Made by a program: the position numbers and the translations under genes
The notes under the pieces: model-generated
What the model was told of the DNA's origin: nothing
The model's input: the letters and a program-made list of their open reading frames with translations, nothing else
Databases searched by the model: none
DNA from: Bacteroidota bacterium
GTDB taxonomy: Bacteria; Bacteroidota; Bacteroidia; Palsa-965
Reading direction: 5' to 3'
Assembly (NCBI GenBank): GCA_031412295.1
Contig: JANOCU010000031.1
Location: 66,330 to 130,329, forward strand
DNA: 64,000 nt
Shown here: positions 29,164-39,250 of the stretch, piece after piece
How the letters are laid out: every line of letters starts with the position of its first letter
Numbering within the stretch: the stretch's first letter is position 1

Positions 29164-30120
29164 TCACTTACTGTAGAATGTGTAGGTATAAGTGAAAACA
29201 ATAATGTCCGTGGAGGCAGTTGTATTGTTGGCCATACGCTCTTTTCGCAGCAGGCCTTTCTTGCTATAGCAGTAGGTTGTTATGATCTCACCTGTTCCGG
29301 CTATACCAGCCAAGTCCAGCTTCACACGTTTCGAAAGGAGCATTCCCTCATCTGAATAGGTAAAAAAAGCGTAATCCCTTTGGTCCATTATGGAGTTGTA
29401 GATTAAATATTCGCGAAGATTTCCTGTTGTATCAAACCTTGAATACATCGTGTCGCCGTTATATGAAATGCGTTCAAAAACGATGGATGTATCGGTATAT
29501 TTATTAATATAAGTACGGTTCACAAATTCATTTCTCTCTCCCCTGGAATTAATTTCCTGGCGAACGACGCGGCCATAGTTATCATAATAATATTTTATAC
29601 GCTTTGTTAACACTGAATCGATCACGGATGCAATTGATACGTTTGGACGATAGCGGTACATATCAGATCGCACAAGTTTCCCAATACTATCATACCAGTG
29701 AAGATTGCTCTCATAAACTTTACCATCATGGGAAATAATCGTTTGAAGGATCATGTGCCCAAGCGAATCAAAATCGAACAAGATGGTTGTATAGTTGCTT
29801 TTTATCTGCGTAAGTTGATCAGCCTTATTATAAATGTATTCCCATTTGAAGCTGATGGAATCGGAAAGCAGCTTACCGGTTCTGTCAAACGTTGCGGAAT
29901 AGCTTCTCCTTTTGTCTGATACAACCGTATCATTTCCATTGATCTTGTATGTTGTGGATTCTTTAACCAACGTATGCACGCGATGCTCTTTCATCCGGGC
30001 TTGCTGACTATTGTACTTCACGGGGTCATTGTTCAAATTCATGAGCGTTTGTCCTTTAAGACCCACGTAGATGAAAACGAAGAGTGCACACTGCAGGCGA
30101 ATGATCTGGTTGAAGTTCAT
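29164..30120 (-). CDS. Hypothetical exported protein with YD/RHS-like beta-hairpin repeats
   Basis: Signal-like N-terminus; recurring FD..G / YD..G / Y...G motifs. Confidence 0.6.
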   Translation of the reverse strand: MNFNQIIRLQCALFVFIYVGLKGQTLMNLNNDPVKYNSQQARMKEHRVHTLVKESTTYKINGNDTVVSDKRRSYSATFDRTGKLLSDSISFKWEYIYNKADQLTQIKSNYTTILFDFDSLGHMILQTIISHDGKVYESNLHWYDSIGKLVRSDMYRYRPNVSIASVIDSVLTKRIKYYYDNYGRVVRQEINSRGERNEFVNRTYINKYTDTSIVFERISYNGDTMYSRFDTTGNLREYLIYNSIMDQRDYAFFTYSDEGMLLSKRVKLDLAGIAGTGEIITTYCYSKKGLLRKERMANNTTASTDIIVFTYTYTFYSK

Positions 30121-30174
30121 TTTGGAAAATATTTTAGGAATAGCTTAAAAACCGTTTCATCCGTGTTCTATTCT

Positions 30175-30777
30175 TCATTGAATTTTAAAAGACATTACCG
30201 GCAATTTCAATTCTTTTCCTACTGTGCTTTTTGCTTTGATCTGCTCGAAGTAAATTTTTGTTCCGGGCTTTGATGAACGAATAACGGTTTTGACTTCTTC
30301 CGTGATTTTGTTACCGTCGGTTTTAAATTCTTGAAATTTCCCATCGATAACGATCGATACCCCAAATGATATATAGTTGGAATCGACAGTGATGTTTGCG
30401 AGATCTTCCGCTTTTATTGGTATTGTATTATACACATCTCTTTGTGCAGGCCGCGTATTTTTTAATCCGACTGCATAGCGCACATTTGGCGACTTTACAA
30501 CTTTCCCATTTTTGCTGCTCGAAATTTCATGATAAAGAATGTTTGTTTCTTTGGACGCAGTGCTGATTTTGTAAATAAGATTGGAAGGCAGTTTATTTCC
30601 CCGCAACATGGTATCGAAAGAAATGTTTCCGGAAGCAATTGAAACGCGACAAGACACAATATTCGTATCGAGTGGAATATAATATCCGAGCAAAACTGTA
30701 TCGGTTTGTACAGTCGATGTTTGTGCGAATAATCCTGTTGAGGCTGCTATCACGAATAAGAGAAGAATTTTTTTCAT
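30175..30777 (-). CDS. Exported protein with GldM/PorM C-terminal-like domain
   Basis: Signal peptide MKKILLLF..FAQ; C-terminal GNKIT..I..SKPGTKIYFEQIKAK resembles the last GldM domain. Confidence 0.55.
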   Translation of the reverse strand: MKKILLLFVIAASTGLFAQTSTVQTDTVLLGYYIPLDTNIVSCRVSIASGNISFDTMLRGNKLPSNLIYKISTASKETNILYHEISSSKNGKVVKSPNVRYAVGLKNTRPAQRDVYNTIPIKAEDLANITVDSNYISFGVSIVIDGKFQEFKTDGNKITEEVKTVIRSSKPGTKIYFEQIKAKSTVGKELKLPVMSFKIQ

Positions 30778-30928
30778 GATTTTTTCTTTTCCTAATGCGG
30801 GGAAACGATAAAAGATACAAGAATATTTCCTGTTCACTGCTATTGAAACAATTGGGTATTTAACACAGAAATAATAGAGTTACACAGGAGAAATTACTAA
30901 ATTAGCAATGCCTCCCACAACTCAAACT

Positions 30929-32749
30929 ATGAAAAAAATATACCTGTTTATCCTTGCAGCAACCTTTTGTGTTAGCGTAAGAGCACAAACATTTAATTCA
31001 ACTTCCACTGCAGCAATTTATGATAATCAATGTTCGTTTGTTTCGGTGATTGCATCAGGTTTGCCGACATCGATGGATACAACATTCGGCATTTGTTCGG
31101 TAACTGTAAATATTTCGCACACGTATGTCGGTGACCTTGACCTTTGGCTTATAAATCCGAACGGTGATTCTATTCCGCTCACCAATAATAATGGTGGCGC
31201 CGGCATTGATTTTATAAACACTGTATTTACGATGGCCGCACCGGGTTCTGTCAACCAGGGCAGTGCACCATTTACAGGAAGCTACTGGCCGTTTAATTCT
31301 TTGAACAACATGAACAATGGTTCAGATCCGAATGGTACGTGGAATTTGGTTGTATGCGATGAAGTGCCAAACGACCAGGGAACAATCACTTCTGTCGAAA
31401 TTAATTTTTGTGCAAATCCACCAATAGATCCGCCCGGTTCATCAGGTCCTTGTTCGGTTACAAACGGTGCCGGATGTTCTTGTCCTGACGGCTCCCAGGA
31501 TTGTGTTCTTTTACCTGATATGATTGCAACTGCTGATATTATAACACAACAGCATACCGAAACGCCGGGATTAATTACGCTGAGCAATGCAACTCCGAAT
31601 ATTGGTTGGGGACCGATGGAAATTCATGGCGACACGAGTCATTGCTGGTGTGATACGGTTCCGGTTTCCTGTTCAACACCACTTTGCCCAAATGGCGATT
31701 CACCGACACAACAATTGATTCAGCGATTATATCATAAGAACGGAACTTCTATTACTTCATTTGATACGCTTACAACAGGAAGAATGGCGTATCATCCGAG
31801 TCATGGTCACGTGCACGTAAATGACTGGGCAGTTTTTTCTCTCCGCAAGCAAGACACAACACAGGCAAGTCCGCTTAGCTGGCCAATCGTTGCACAAGGT
31901 GCTAAGGTGAGCTTCTGCCTGATCAATCTTGGTGATTGCACATTGAATAATGGCTGGTGCAAAGATTCAGCAGGAAATACAATTACCATGGCTGATATTC
32001 CGAATGCCCCTTTTGGAATTGTCAGCGGCTGCGGCCAGGACCAGGGGATTTTTACCGGCAATCTCGATATTTATTCGGAAGGACTTCCGGGAATGAATAT
32101 TGATCTTACGAATGTTTGTAATGGTGATTATTATATTGTTTCTATCACAGATCCGAATAATGATTTTGTTGAAACGAATGATAATAATAATTGGGTTGCT
32201 GTTCCGATCACCTTAACGCAACAGCATAACCCGATCGGCAACGGAATTAATCTTACTTCTGTTTCCGGGAATACGGTAACAGTAAGTAATAATAATACAG
32301 ACCTTACCTCATTCGAATGGGATTTCGGTGATGGCACAACGGATACCGTGAATAATCCTGCAATGCATACGTATGTATTTGGTGGAACGTATACCATTAC
32401 ACTTTCACAAACCAATGCATGCGGAACATTTGATACATCTATGATCGTTGTAATTACGGGCATGGAACAAATAGGAAATTTCTCGGAACAAATCCTTAAA
32501 GCAATGCCGAACCCGGCGCAAGGCTTAACAACAATTTCTTATCAGCTGCCACAAGCCGGCGATATGGTGCTTGAACTTTTTAATGTGCTCGGCGAACGTG
32601 TTGCAGTGCTTGATAAAGGAACTCAAACCACAGGATGGCAAACAACAGAAGTTGATTTCAATTCTTTGGGTGCGGGTGAAGGAATTTATTTTGTAAAGCT
32701 TACTACACTAAATCATGCTGCAACATTACGTGTGATCAATATAAAATAA
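30929..32749 (+). CDS. T9SS-secreted protein: proprotein-convertase P-domain + lysyl-oxidase-like domain + PKD + CTD
   Basis: ISHTYVGDL..L.NP and NGTWNL.V.D (P-domain); YHPSHGHVH, KVSFCL, DIY..IDLT.V..GDY (LOX); WDFGDG (PKD); PNP CTD. Confidence 0.85.
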   Translation: MKKIYLFILAATFCVSVRAQTFNSTSTAAIYDNQCSFVSVIASGLPTSMDTTFGICSVTVNISHTYVGDLDLWLINPNGDSIPLTNNNGGAGIDFINTVFTMAAPGSVNQGSAPFTGSYWPFNSLNNMNNGSDPNGTWNLVVCDEVPNDQGTITSVEINFCANPPIDPPGSSGPCSVTNGAGCSCPDGSQDCVLLPDMIATADIITQQHTETPGLITLSNATPNIGWGPMEIHGDTSHCWCDTVPVSCSTPLCPNGDSPTQQLIQRLYHKNGTSITSFDTLTTGRMAYHPSHGHVHVNDWAVFSLRKQDTTQASPLSWPIVAQGAKVSFCLINLGDCTLNNGWCKDSAGNTITMADIPNAPFGIVSGCGQDQGIFTGNLDIYSEGLPGMNIDLTNVCNGDYYIVSITDPNNDFVETNDNNNWVAVPITLTQQHNPIGNGINLTSVSGNTVTVSNNNTDLTSFEWDFGDGTTDTVNNPAMHTYVFGGTYTITLSQTNACGTFDTSMIVVITGMEQIGNFSEQILKAMPNPAQGLTTISYQLPQAGDMVLELFNVLGERVAVLDKGTQTTGWQTTEVDFNSLGAGEGIYFVKLTTLNHAATLRVINIK

Positions 32750-32837
32750 AAGTTGCCACACCTGCCGCCACAGCACAGACACGCGCGTCTGCAGGCAAGG
32801 ATTACGCGGATTCTTTGTGTGGATGATGTAAAAATAT

Positions 32838-32868
32838 AAAAGGACGATCAACACGATCGTCCTTTTTA
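32838..32868. terminator. Bidirectional terminator
   Basis: AAAAGGACGATC / GATCGTCCTTTT between convergent genes. Confidence 0.8.
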
Positions 32869-32919
32869 TGTTCAACTATTTTTCTGAAAATAATCAGCGT
32901 AAATCAGCGCAATCAGCGG

Positions 32920-34494
32920 CTAGTCCAGGATAATTTTCCCGTTTCCGATCATTTCTTTTTCGGTGCTTATCGTGTACAAATAACAACCTGCAGGAATAGC
33001 TTCTCTTGAAAACTCAGTTTGTTTATTTGTAAGCGATGTTCTTTTAATTTCATTGCCTAGCATATCAAACAAAATAAATACAGCGCCGTTATCGATCGCA
33101 GATTGGTCTGCTGTGATTATTGCTGATGTGCTGATAGGGTTTGGAAAAACTGAGCTGGTGTTTGGAGTTGTGACTTTATTTACATTCGAAGTGAGGCAAT
33201 AATCTGTAAGTGAAATTAGAGTAGTCTGAGACGATGAAAAAGTCGCTGTAGATAAAACGATCGGTCGAACCAAAGCTCCTGAAGTGACAACCGGTGTATA
33301 ATTCACTGTTGTTTCTGTCAGCTGATACGGTGTAACATCGCACCAATAAAGGTTAAGGTCAGTAGTGTTGAAAAAATAGGTAGTACGTTCAAATGATGGA
33401 CTATAAGTTGAATAAGTCAGCTGTAGTCCGGATGCACTCATGTCAAAGCCGGTGTAGTTGGAATAAATATTTTCCATTGCCGGAACTCCGATTGCGCGTG
33501 ACGATTGCAAGGTTCCGTTTGCATCCGTTTGAATAAGTATCCGCTGATCGTCATCTGCATTAACTGCAATCCCTAAAAAAGAACCATTGTACAGCTCTTT
33601 TATATCTGTAAAATAAAAATAGGTGGCGCTGTTATTACTATATTCTTTATACCAGTCTACACTACCATTTGCGCTCAACTTCATCAGGAAACCGGAATAG
33701 GCAAATGTCAGCACGTCCACTTTCATTCCGGCTGCAAGATAACCTCCATCTGAAGTTGGAACCATACGATAGACTCGGTTATAAAAATCGGTCATAGTAA
33801 AAATCTTTGTCCATTGGATGTTTCCTGAAGCATCCGTCTTAACGAAATACGGATCATTGCCTCTTTTTCCTGCGGCAAGAATTCCACCATCGTGGCTTAC
33901 AATTGCATCAAGCCCCGGATTTTTAGGTTCAAGTGAATCGCCGATAATTGATTTTGCAAAAATGACATTTCCCGAAGGATCCGTTTTAATAATTCCTACG
34001 CTGCTATACATGGCAGTACAAATAAGGAATTCACCTGACGGAAGCTCTTTTACTTTTGGCGAAACGCTTCCATAAATTGATTCACCAACAGGCATTTGAT
34101 ACAGCTGATCCCATAAAATGTTTCCTGCAACATCCATCTTAATCAGAAAAACATTTGGCTGGTAATTCAAATCTGTCGTGTAGCCTAATGCATAATATCC
34201 ACCTGTAATACATTCGCCTACACTATACACCATTACCTGTAGCTGGGCTGAATCAGAAAGCAATTTAGTCCACAGTACCTGGCTTGAAGCATCCAGCTTA
34301 ATAATAAATCCGGCAGTTGAATTATTTGCATCAAATCCGGATAAGAGAAACCCACCGTCATTGCAACGGTGAACCCCTGTGGAAATAAAATCAGGATAGC
34401 CGGCAACGGTAATGGTTTTTTGAAAGGTGGATTGTGCGCCCAGATCAAATTGGAAAATAAAGATGATCGCAACTAGTGTAAGGAACTTTTTCAT
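32920..34494 (-). CDS. T9SS-secreted beta-propeller protein
   Basis: Signal peptide; repeated DGG.L..G..LIK.D..GN..W.K; FPNP..GCYLY CTD. Confidence 0.82.
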   Translation of the reverse strand: MKKFLTLVAIIFIFQFDLGAQSTFQKTITVAGYPDFISTGVHRCNDGGFLLSGFDANNSTAGFIIKLDASSQVLWTKLLSDSAQLQVMVYSVGECITGGYYALGYTTDLNYQPNVFLIKMDVAGNILWDQLYQMPVGESIYGSVSPKVKELPSGEFLICTAMYSSVGIIKTDPSGNVIFAKSIIGDSLEPKNPGLDAIVSHDGGILAAGKRGNDPYFVKTDASGNIQWTKIFTMTDFYNRVYRMVPTSDGGYLAAGMKVDVLTFAYSGFLMKLSANGSVDWYKEYSNNSATYFYFTDIKELYNGSFLGIAVNADDDQRILIQTDANGTLQSSRAIGVPAMENIYSNYTGFDMSASGLQLTYSTYSPSFERTTYFFNTTDLNLYWCDVTPYQLTETTVNYTPVVTSGALVRPIVLSTATFSSSQTTLISLTDYCLTSNVNKVTTPNTSSVFPNPISTSAIITADQSAIDNGAVFILFDMLGNEIKRTSLTNKQTEFSREAIPAGCYLYTISTEKEMIGNGKIILD

Positions 34495-34900
34495 GAGTAT
34501 GGTTTTAAAAATAATAATTGCAAAAAGGGGATCGTGATTTGTATTATCAAAGTTGAATCATTAAGTCATGCAATACAAACAATAATTCAGCATGTTCTTA
34601 CGTGTCCAGACGCACCAGAAAGGAAAGTAAAATGCATTGCAGCTGATAATAGTACCTGCGGGGAGCTACAATTACGCCTTGATCAATTTATATAAGTCAA
34701 AAAAATCAGACTTATATGCTTCTGATTTTTATTTGTGAAACGCTTACCTGAACGGATCAGAATATTTCGGATCAGTAAGGAAGGCCGGGTCTGATAATGA
34801 TTTCAGAAATGCTTCAAGCGCAGTTCATCTATATTAACGCCGTCTTTTCTTTATTCATCACAGTGCTTTTGAATCGATTTTGTTTTAATTCGTTACCGTC

Positions 34901-34916
34901 TAGTGGTTAACCACTA
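34901..34916. promoter_or_regulatory. Perfect 16-bp palindrome, possible operator
   Basis: TAGTGGTTAACCACTA about 40 bp upstream of a -7-like CACCTTTG box of the 35001 gene. Confidence 0.4.
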
Positions 34917-35000
34917 TTCGTGTGTGATTCAAATTATACCAAGGCTTTAATGCACACCTTTGCGCCATCTTATTTTTTTAATCAATAATCTTAAACCTTA

Positions 35001-37253
35001 ATGAAAAAATTTTTACTCCCGGTTGTATTTGTGCTGGCCGGTTGGTTGATGCCACTCGTTTCAACCTCACAAACGTATTCTGCCTTTGGAATGGCGGTGA
35101 ACAATAACAATAATTTATTTGATACGATTGCGCAAACCGGTGATACACTCCCGTTTCGTTTTGTCAATGCACCTGACTATGCATGGGGTAATGTAACATT
35201 TGTTCTTTATTACGAAGGGTTTTTCGAACCCAACAATGCACATTTCCTTTACGTACTAGATGAAAACAATAACTTCCAGGGTCAAAACAATGCGAGCCCG
35301 GTTAATTGCGGTCCTGAAGATTCTACTGTTTTCACCTTTTCATTCAACGATCTTAATTCCTGGAATGTAAATGACACCATTGATTTTAAGATTCTCGTAA
35401 ACGGTGATACAGGGAATTGCCTCAGCACGGTTCGTGTAAAGCTTACTTATGAATATTGTGCTTCACCAACAGGACCTGCACAATTTGCATCTGTTGCTCC
35501 TTTTACTATGCCGGCATGTGCACTCGGTGGTAATGTTTATACATTAACAGGAACTCCTTCCGGCGGTACATTCTCCGGTCCCGGTGTAACGGGTTCTACA
35601 TTCGATCCTGCTTCATTTAACGTTGGAACTTACCAAATTTCTTACACTGCTACTGATTCTGTTGGTTGCACAACTTCAACTACAGTAGGTGTGTATGTCG
35701 GATCAGGACCATCGGTTAACAGCGATTCAACAATTTATGCTTGCTATAATACTTCTGTAATTCTCAATGCAAACCATGGAAGTGGTTTTATCTGGTATAG
35801 CGATGCCACAATGACACAAGTGCTGGATACCACAGATATGTATGCTACACCTGTGCTGACACAGAATGCTACTTATTATGTAGCAGGTCAGAATTTCACC
35901 AATAGCTTTCATTCAGATACTTTATTTGCCAGCGATTCATTAACTGTTGATGTAGATAACATAGCAGGTGATGACCGTGGAGGTATTGCTATTTCGCATA
36001 CGCACGTTTACCTGAATGGAGATGATTCTGGTATTCGTTTTGATCTTGATTTGAATCCTGCATCAGCTGTTGCGGTTCCGATTCGTGATGGTATGGTTTC
36101 TGACCTGGGTACCGGTAAGATCTGGACACTGTGGGATACTATTACTTCAAGCGATCCTTTTGATGCTCCAAGCCAGTTTACGGTAAACACACTTCGTGGA
36201 CTCGACAGCAACCTTGCTCTGACCAATGAAATGCTGACACTTTCCATGTCAATTAATATGGGAGGTGATAACGGTATTTTTGCAGGCGTTGGTTATATCG
36301 GACTTTACAGCAGCAATACAGAACACTGGTATGTGATCGATATGGATAATGGATTTGTAACTGATCTCGGATTTAATTCGAGCGTGAACTTTTATGGTTC
36401 GGAAAACTGGAGCGATTGGGGAGTGCTGGAATCGGATTGCAATGGTAATTTTTCTGCGATCTATCACGGTAATTCAAATTCAACAGATGATATTGAGATC
36501 CTTGCACTGCCGGATGGCGCTGTAGATACTTTGGCAATATTTGGTGACCTGGGTGATATGGCCAGCCTCATCTTCCATCCGGATAGCGCGCGTTGGTATT
36601 ACCATTACGAAGGCAGCACTACTACTTTCGGTGGGTCATCTGAAACTCTGGGTTATGCTGATGCTGATTTTTCAGATTCGTTATGCAGTGGTAGCAGCGT
36701 TGGTTGTCCTTCGATGGTAACTGTTAATGTTCCTTCTGACGTAACATTTACATTTCCATCCGGCACAGTTTGTTTGAATGATGGTCCGCAATTGCTTACA
36801 CAAGGAAATCCTGTTAATGGAACATACACCGGTATTGGTGTCGGAACAAATTCATCAGGCCTGGTTTTCTTACCTGCACTTTCCGGTAATGGAACTTTCA
36901 CACTTACTTATACTGTAACAGATAGTGCAAGCGGATGTGTTGATTTCGCAACATCAGTAGTTGTTGTTGATCCATGTACAAGCGTAGAAGAACAAACACT
37001 TGCAAATGCAATCAGTATTTATCCGAATCCGAATAATGGATCATTCACAGTTACTGTCAATGCAACTACAACTGATATGTTGATTGAAGTAATGGATTTA
37101 CAGGGACGGGTTGTTTTCTCTTCACTGGAAAATAATGTAACACCCGGATTCACAAAACAGATCAGTATTGAAGCTGTTGCTTCAGGAATGTATTTGATGA
37201 AAATTTCTGCTGGAAGTGAGCAGGAAGTTCAGAAGATCACGATCCAGCGATAA
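35001..37253 (+). CDS. T9SS-secreted multidomain protein (Ig-like modules, acidic propeller-like core)
   Basis: Signal peptide; GTPSGGTFSGPGV..FDP module twice; IYPNPNNG..GMYLM CTD. Confidence 0.82.
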   Translation: MKKFLLPVVFVLAGWLMPLVSTSQTYSAFGMAVNNNNNLFDTIAQTGDTLPFRFVNAPDYAWGNVTFVLYYEGFFEPNNAHFLYVLDENNNFQGQNNASPVNCGPEDSTVFTFSFNDLNSWNVNDTIDFKILVNGDTGNCLSTVRVKLTYEYCASPTGPAQFASVAPFTMPACALGGNVYTLTGTPSGGTFSGPGVTGSTFDPASFNVGTYQISYTATDSVGCTTSTTVGVYVGSGPSVNSDSTIYACYNTSVILNANHGSGFIWYSDATMTQVLDTTDMYATPVLTQNATYYVAGQNFTNSFHSDTLFASDSLTVDVDNIAGDDRGGIAISHTHVYLNGDDSGIRFDLDLNPASAVAVPIRDGMVSDLGTGKIWTLWDTITSSDPFDAPSQFTVNTLRGLDSNLALTNEMLTLSMSINMGGDNGIFAGVGYIGLYSSNTEHWYVIDMDNGFVTDLGFNSSVNFYGSENWSDWGVLESDCNGNFSAIYHGNSNSTDDIEILALPDGAVDTLAIFGDLGDMASLIFHPDSARWYYHYEGSTTTFGGSSETLGYADADFSDSLCSGSSVGCPSMVTVNVPSDVTFTFPSGTVCLNDGPQLLTQGNPVNGTYTGIGVGTNSSGLVFLPALSGNGTFTLTYTVTDSASGCVDFATSVVVVDPCTSVEEQTLANAISIYPNPNNGSFTVTVNATTTDMLIEVMDLQGRVVFSSLENNVTPGFTKQISIEAVASGMYLMKISAGSEQEVQKITIQR

Positions 37254-37266
37254 GCTTTTGGAAATA

Positions 37267-37310
37267 AAAAATCCCGGTTCCTGTTTACAGGATCCGGGAT
37301 TTTTCTTTTT
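37267..37310. terminator. Bidirectional terminator
   Basis: AAAAATCCCGG...CCGGGATTTTT between the T9SS gene and the end of the suf operon. Confidence 0.8.
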
Positions 37311-37330
37311 ACGAATGTGTAAAGTAAAAT

Positions 37331-37834
37331 TTATTTTGGCTGCTTATAAACAGGAACCGTAGAGCAAGGTTCGCCATACATTAAGCTTTTTACTACAGGG
37401 CGAAGCTTTCTTGTCAATTCAATGTAAGCTGATTTAGGAACGGGTTTATCACCGCAACCTTTAATTACAATTCGTGCATCACGATATTGTTCTACATCAA
37501 ACGCAGAAAGTGTTTCATAAAATAAAACAGTTTCCAATAATTCAAGCGAGCCGTAAACAATCTTTTTTGCAAATGGCTCTAACGCCGAAGCAAGCAACAT
37601 CCACGCCCAATCAGGGATGATCGCATCGGCCGAACAAATAAGCGCAACATATTTGTCTTTGTATTGCGTCCAGTCGTATGCCTTAATAAATTCACGAAAA
37701 TCTTTTTCACGCAAAATCAATTCCCGGAAAAGCTGGTCTTTAATATCCAGCACCACACGTTCTCCCGGAAGATATAAATCTCCAAGATCGATCGAAATCA
37801 ATCCGCTGTTTTCAACCCTGTTTATTATTTCCAT
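37331..37834 (-). CDS. DUF2480 family protein
   Basis: EIINRV..S.L..IDL, LREKDFR, CSADAIIP.WA, IKGC, MYGEPCSTVP; ATG 37834 preferred. Confidence 0.85.
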   Translation of the reverse strand: MEIINRVENSGLISIDLGDLYLPGERVVLDIKDQLFRELILREKDFREFIKAYDWTQYKDKYVALICSADAIIPDWAWMLLASALEPFAKKIVYGSLELLETVLFYETLSAFDVEQYRDARIVIKGCGDKPVPKSAYIELTRKLRPVVKSLMYGEPCSTVPVYKQPK

Positions 37835-37836
37835 GT

Positions 37837-37924
37837 GAGTATTGAGTATTTTGTATTGAGTATTGAGAAAGTAATTTGGGTAAAAGTTCTTGAACATTGA
37901 CTCAATACCCAATACTAAATACTC
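37837..37924. repeat. Inverted heptamer arrays (GAGTATT)x4 / (AATACTC)x3
   Basis: Directly visible between the DUF59 and DUF2480 genes. Confidence 0.85.
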
Positions 37925-37926
37925 CT

Positions 37927-38256
37927 TTACATGAATCCTAATTCCAATTGTGCAACTTCACTCATCATTTCTTTTATCCATGGTGGCTCGAAGGTGATCT
38001 TCACATCAGCAGCTTTTACTCCTTTAACCATTCTTACTTTGTCTGCCACATCAGCAGGTAAAGATTCTGCAACGGGACAATTCGGCGAAGTGAGCGTCAT
38101 TAATAATTTCACTTCTTTATCATCGTTAATATCGATCTCGTATATCAAACCGAGCTCCCAGATGTCAACCGGGATTTCAGGATCGTAGCAGGTTTTGAGC
38201 GCGTCAATTACTTGCTGCGTTAACGTGGGGTCGTTGGATATAATATTGGCGTTCAT
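37927..38256 (-). CDS. sufT: DUF59 / SufT-like Fe-S assembly protein
   Basis: DPEIPVDIWELGLIY, MTLTSPNCP, FEPPW. Confidence 0.85.
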   Translation of the reverse strand: MNANIISNDPTLTQQVIDALKTCYDPEIPVDIWELGLIYEIDINDDKEVKLLMTLTSPNCPVAESLPADVADKVRMVKGVKAADVKITFEPPWIKEMMSEVAQLELGFM

Positions 38257-38714
38257 TTTTCTTTTTGATTTGAATTGGCCTGCATCGCGAAAGCATCCAG
38301 CTTCATTTGTTTTACCATCGATACCAAACCGTTCGCGCGGGTAGGTGAGAGGTGTTCTGCCAAACCGATCTTGTTGATGAAGGTCAGTTGTGCTTCTACA
38401 ATTTCTTTAGGCGTATGATCTGAAAGCACACGCACCATCAGCGCAACAAGTCCTTTTGTAATGATCGCATCGCTGTCGGCATGGTAAATAATATTTCCCT
38501 GCCCGACTCCGTCATTCAGGCGGGCATCTTTTAATTCGGTGTACAGCCAGACGCGACTCTGGCATCCTTTAATAAGACGTTCGTCGGTTTTAAATGCATC
38601 GTCGAGCGGTGGCAAAGATTTTCCCATGTCGATGATGTACTGGTATTTATCATCCCATTGTTCGAAGATGGAAAATTCTTCTACGATCTCGTTTTCTGTT
38701 TCTGCAATGCTCAT
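38253..38714 (-). CDS. sufE: Cysteine desulfuration protein
   Basis: IKGCQSRVW, ADSDAIITKGL, HLSPTRANGL. Confidence 0.93.
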   Translation of the reverse strand: MSIAETENEIVEEFSIFEQWDDKYQYIIDMGKSLPPLDDAFKTDERLIKGCQSRVWLYTELKDARLNDGVGQGNIIYHADSDAIITKGLVALMVRVLSDHTPKEIVEAQLTFINKIGLAEHLSPTRANGLVSMVKQMKLDAFAMQANSNQKEK

Positions 38715-39250
38715 TCTTCTATTGCCTTGATGGAAATAAATTCTACTTTTTTCTTCAACGCTTTTTTCATGGTCGATTTTTTAATTGGAAATTTTCCATC
38801 AAAAGGAACATGAAATGCAATGCCTTCATATTCGTGGAACATATATCCTCCGTGCGTGTACCATTCACTTTTTCCATAAGCTTTTACCACATCACTCATT
38901 GTAGAAACGCCCGCGGTGATACCTTTTTCAGTTACAGCAGAAAAATTCGGATAGAAATAAAGGCTGAATGCAGTTTTTTGATTTGCCTTGAACCATGCTT
39001 TAACTCCATCCTTTTCAAAATGCAGGGATGTTGAATACAACACACTATCAGTGCCATTTTTAGAATAATGCTTTCGTTCTATAAAACCACTGCCAAACAT
39101 TTGCACTAACGCATCTTTAGTTATTACTCCAACGGCGATCTGGTCAGTGCCTTTGCCCGGAATTAGCTTTTTTATTTCATCTGTTACAAATGAAAAGCTT
39201 ATAATTCCAACTGCTACAACAAGCAGCATTATGTTTTTGGGGATTCTCAT
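38711..39250 (-). CDS. Hypothetical exported protein embedded in the suf operon
   Basis: Signal-like N-terminus; internal repeat (IAVGVITKDALVQMFG / ITAGVSTMSDVVKAYG); ATGA overlaps at both ends. Confidence 0.65.
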   Translation of the reverse strand: MRIPKNIMLLVVAVGIISFSFVTDEIKKLIPGKGTDQIAVGVITKDALVQMFGSGFIERKHYSKNGTDSVLYSTSLHFEKDGVKAWFKANQKTAFSLYFYPNFSAVTEKGITAGVSTMSDVVKAYGKSEWYTHGGYMFHEYEGIAFHVPFDGKFPIKKSTMKKALKKKVEFISIKAIEE

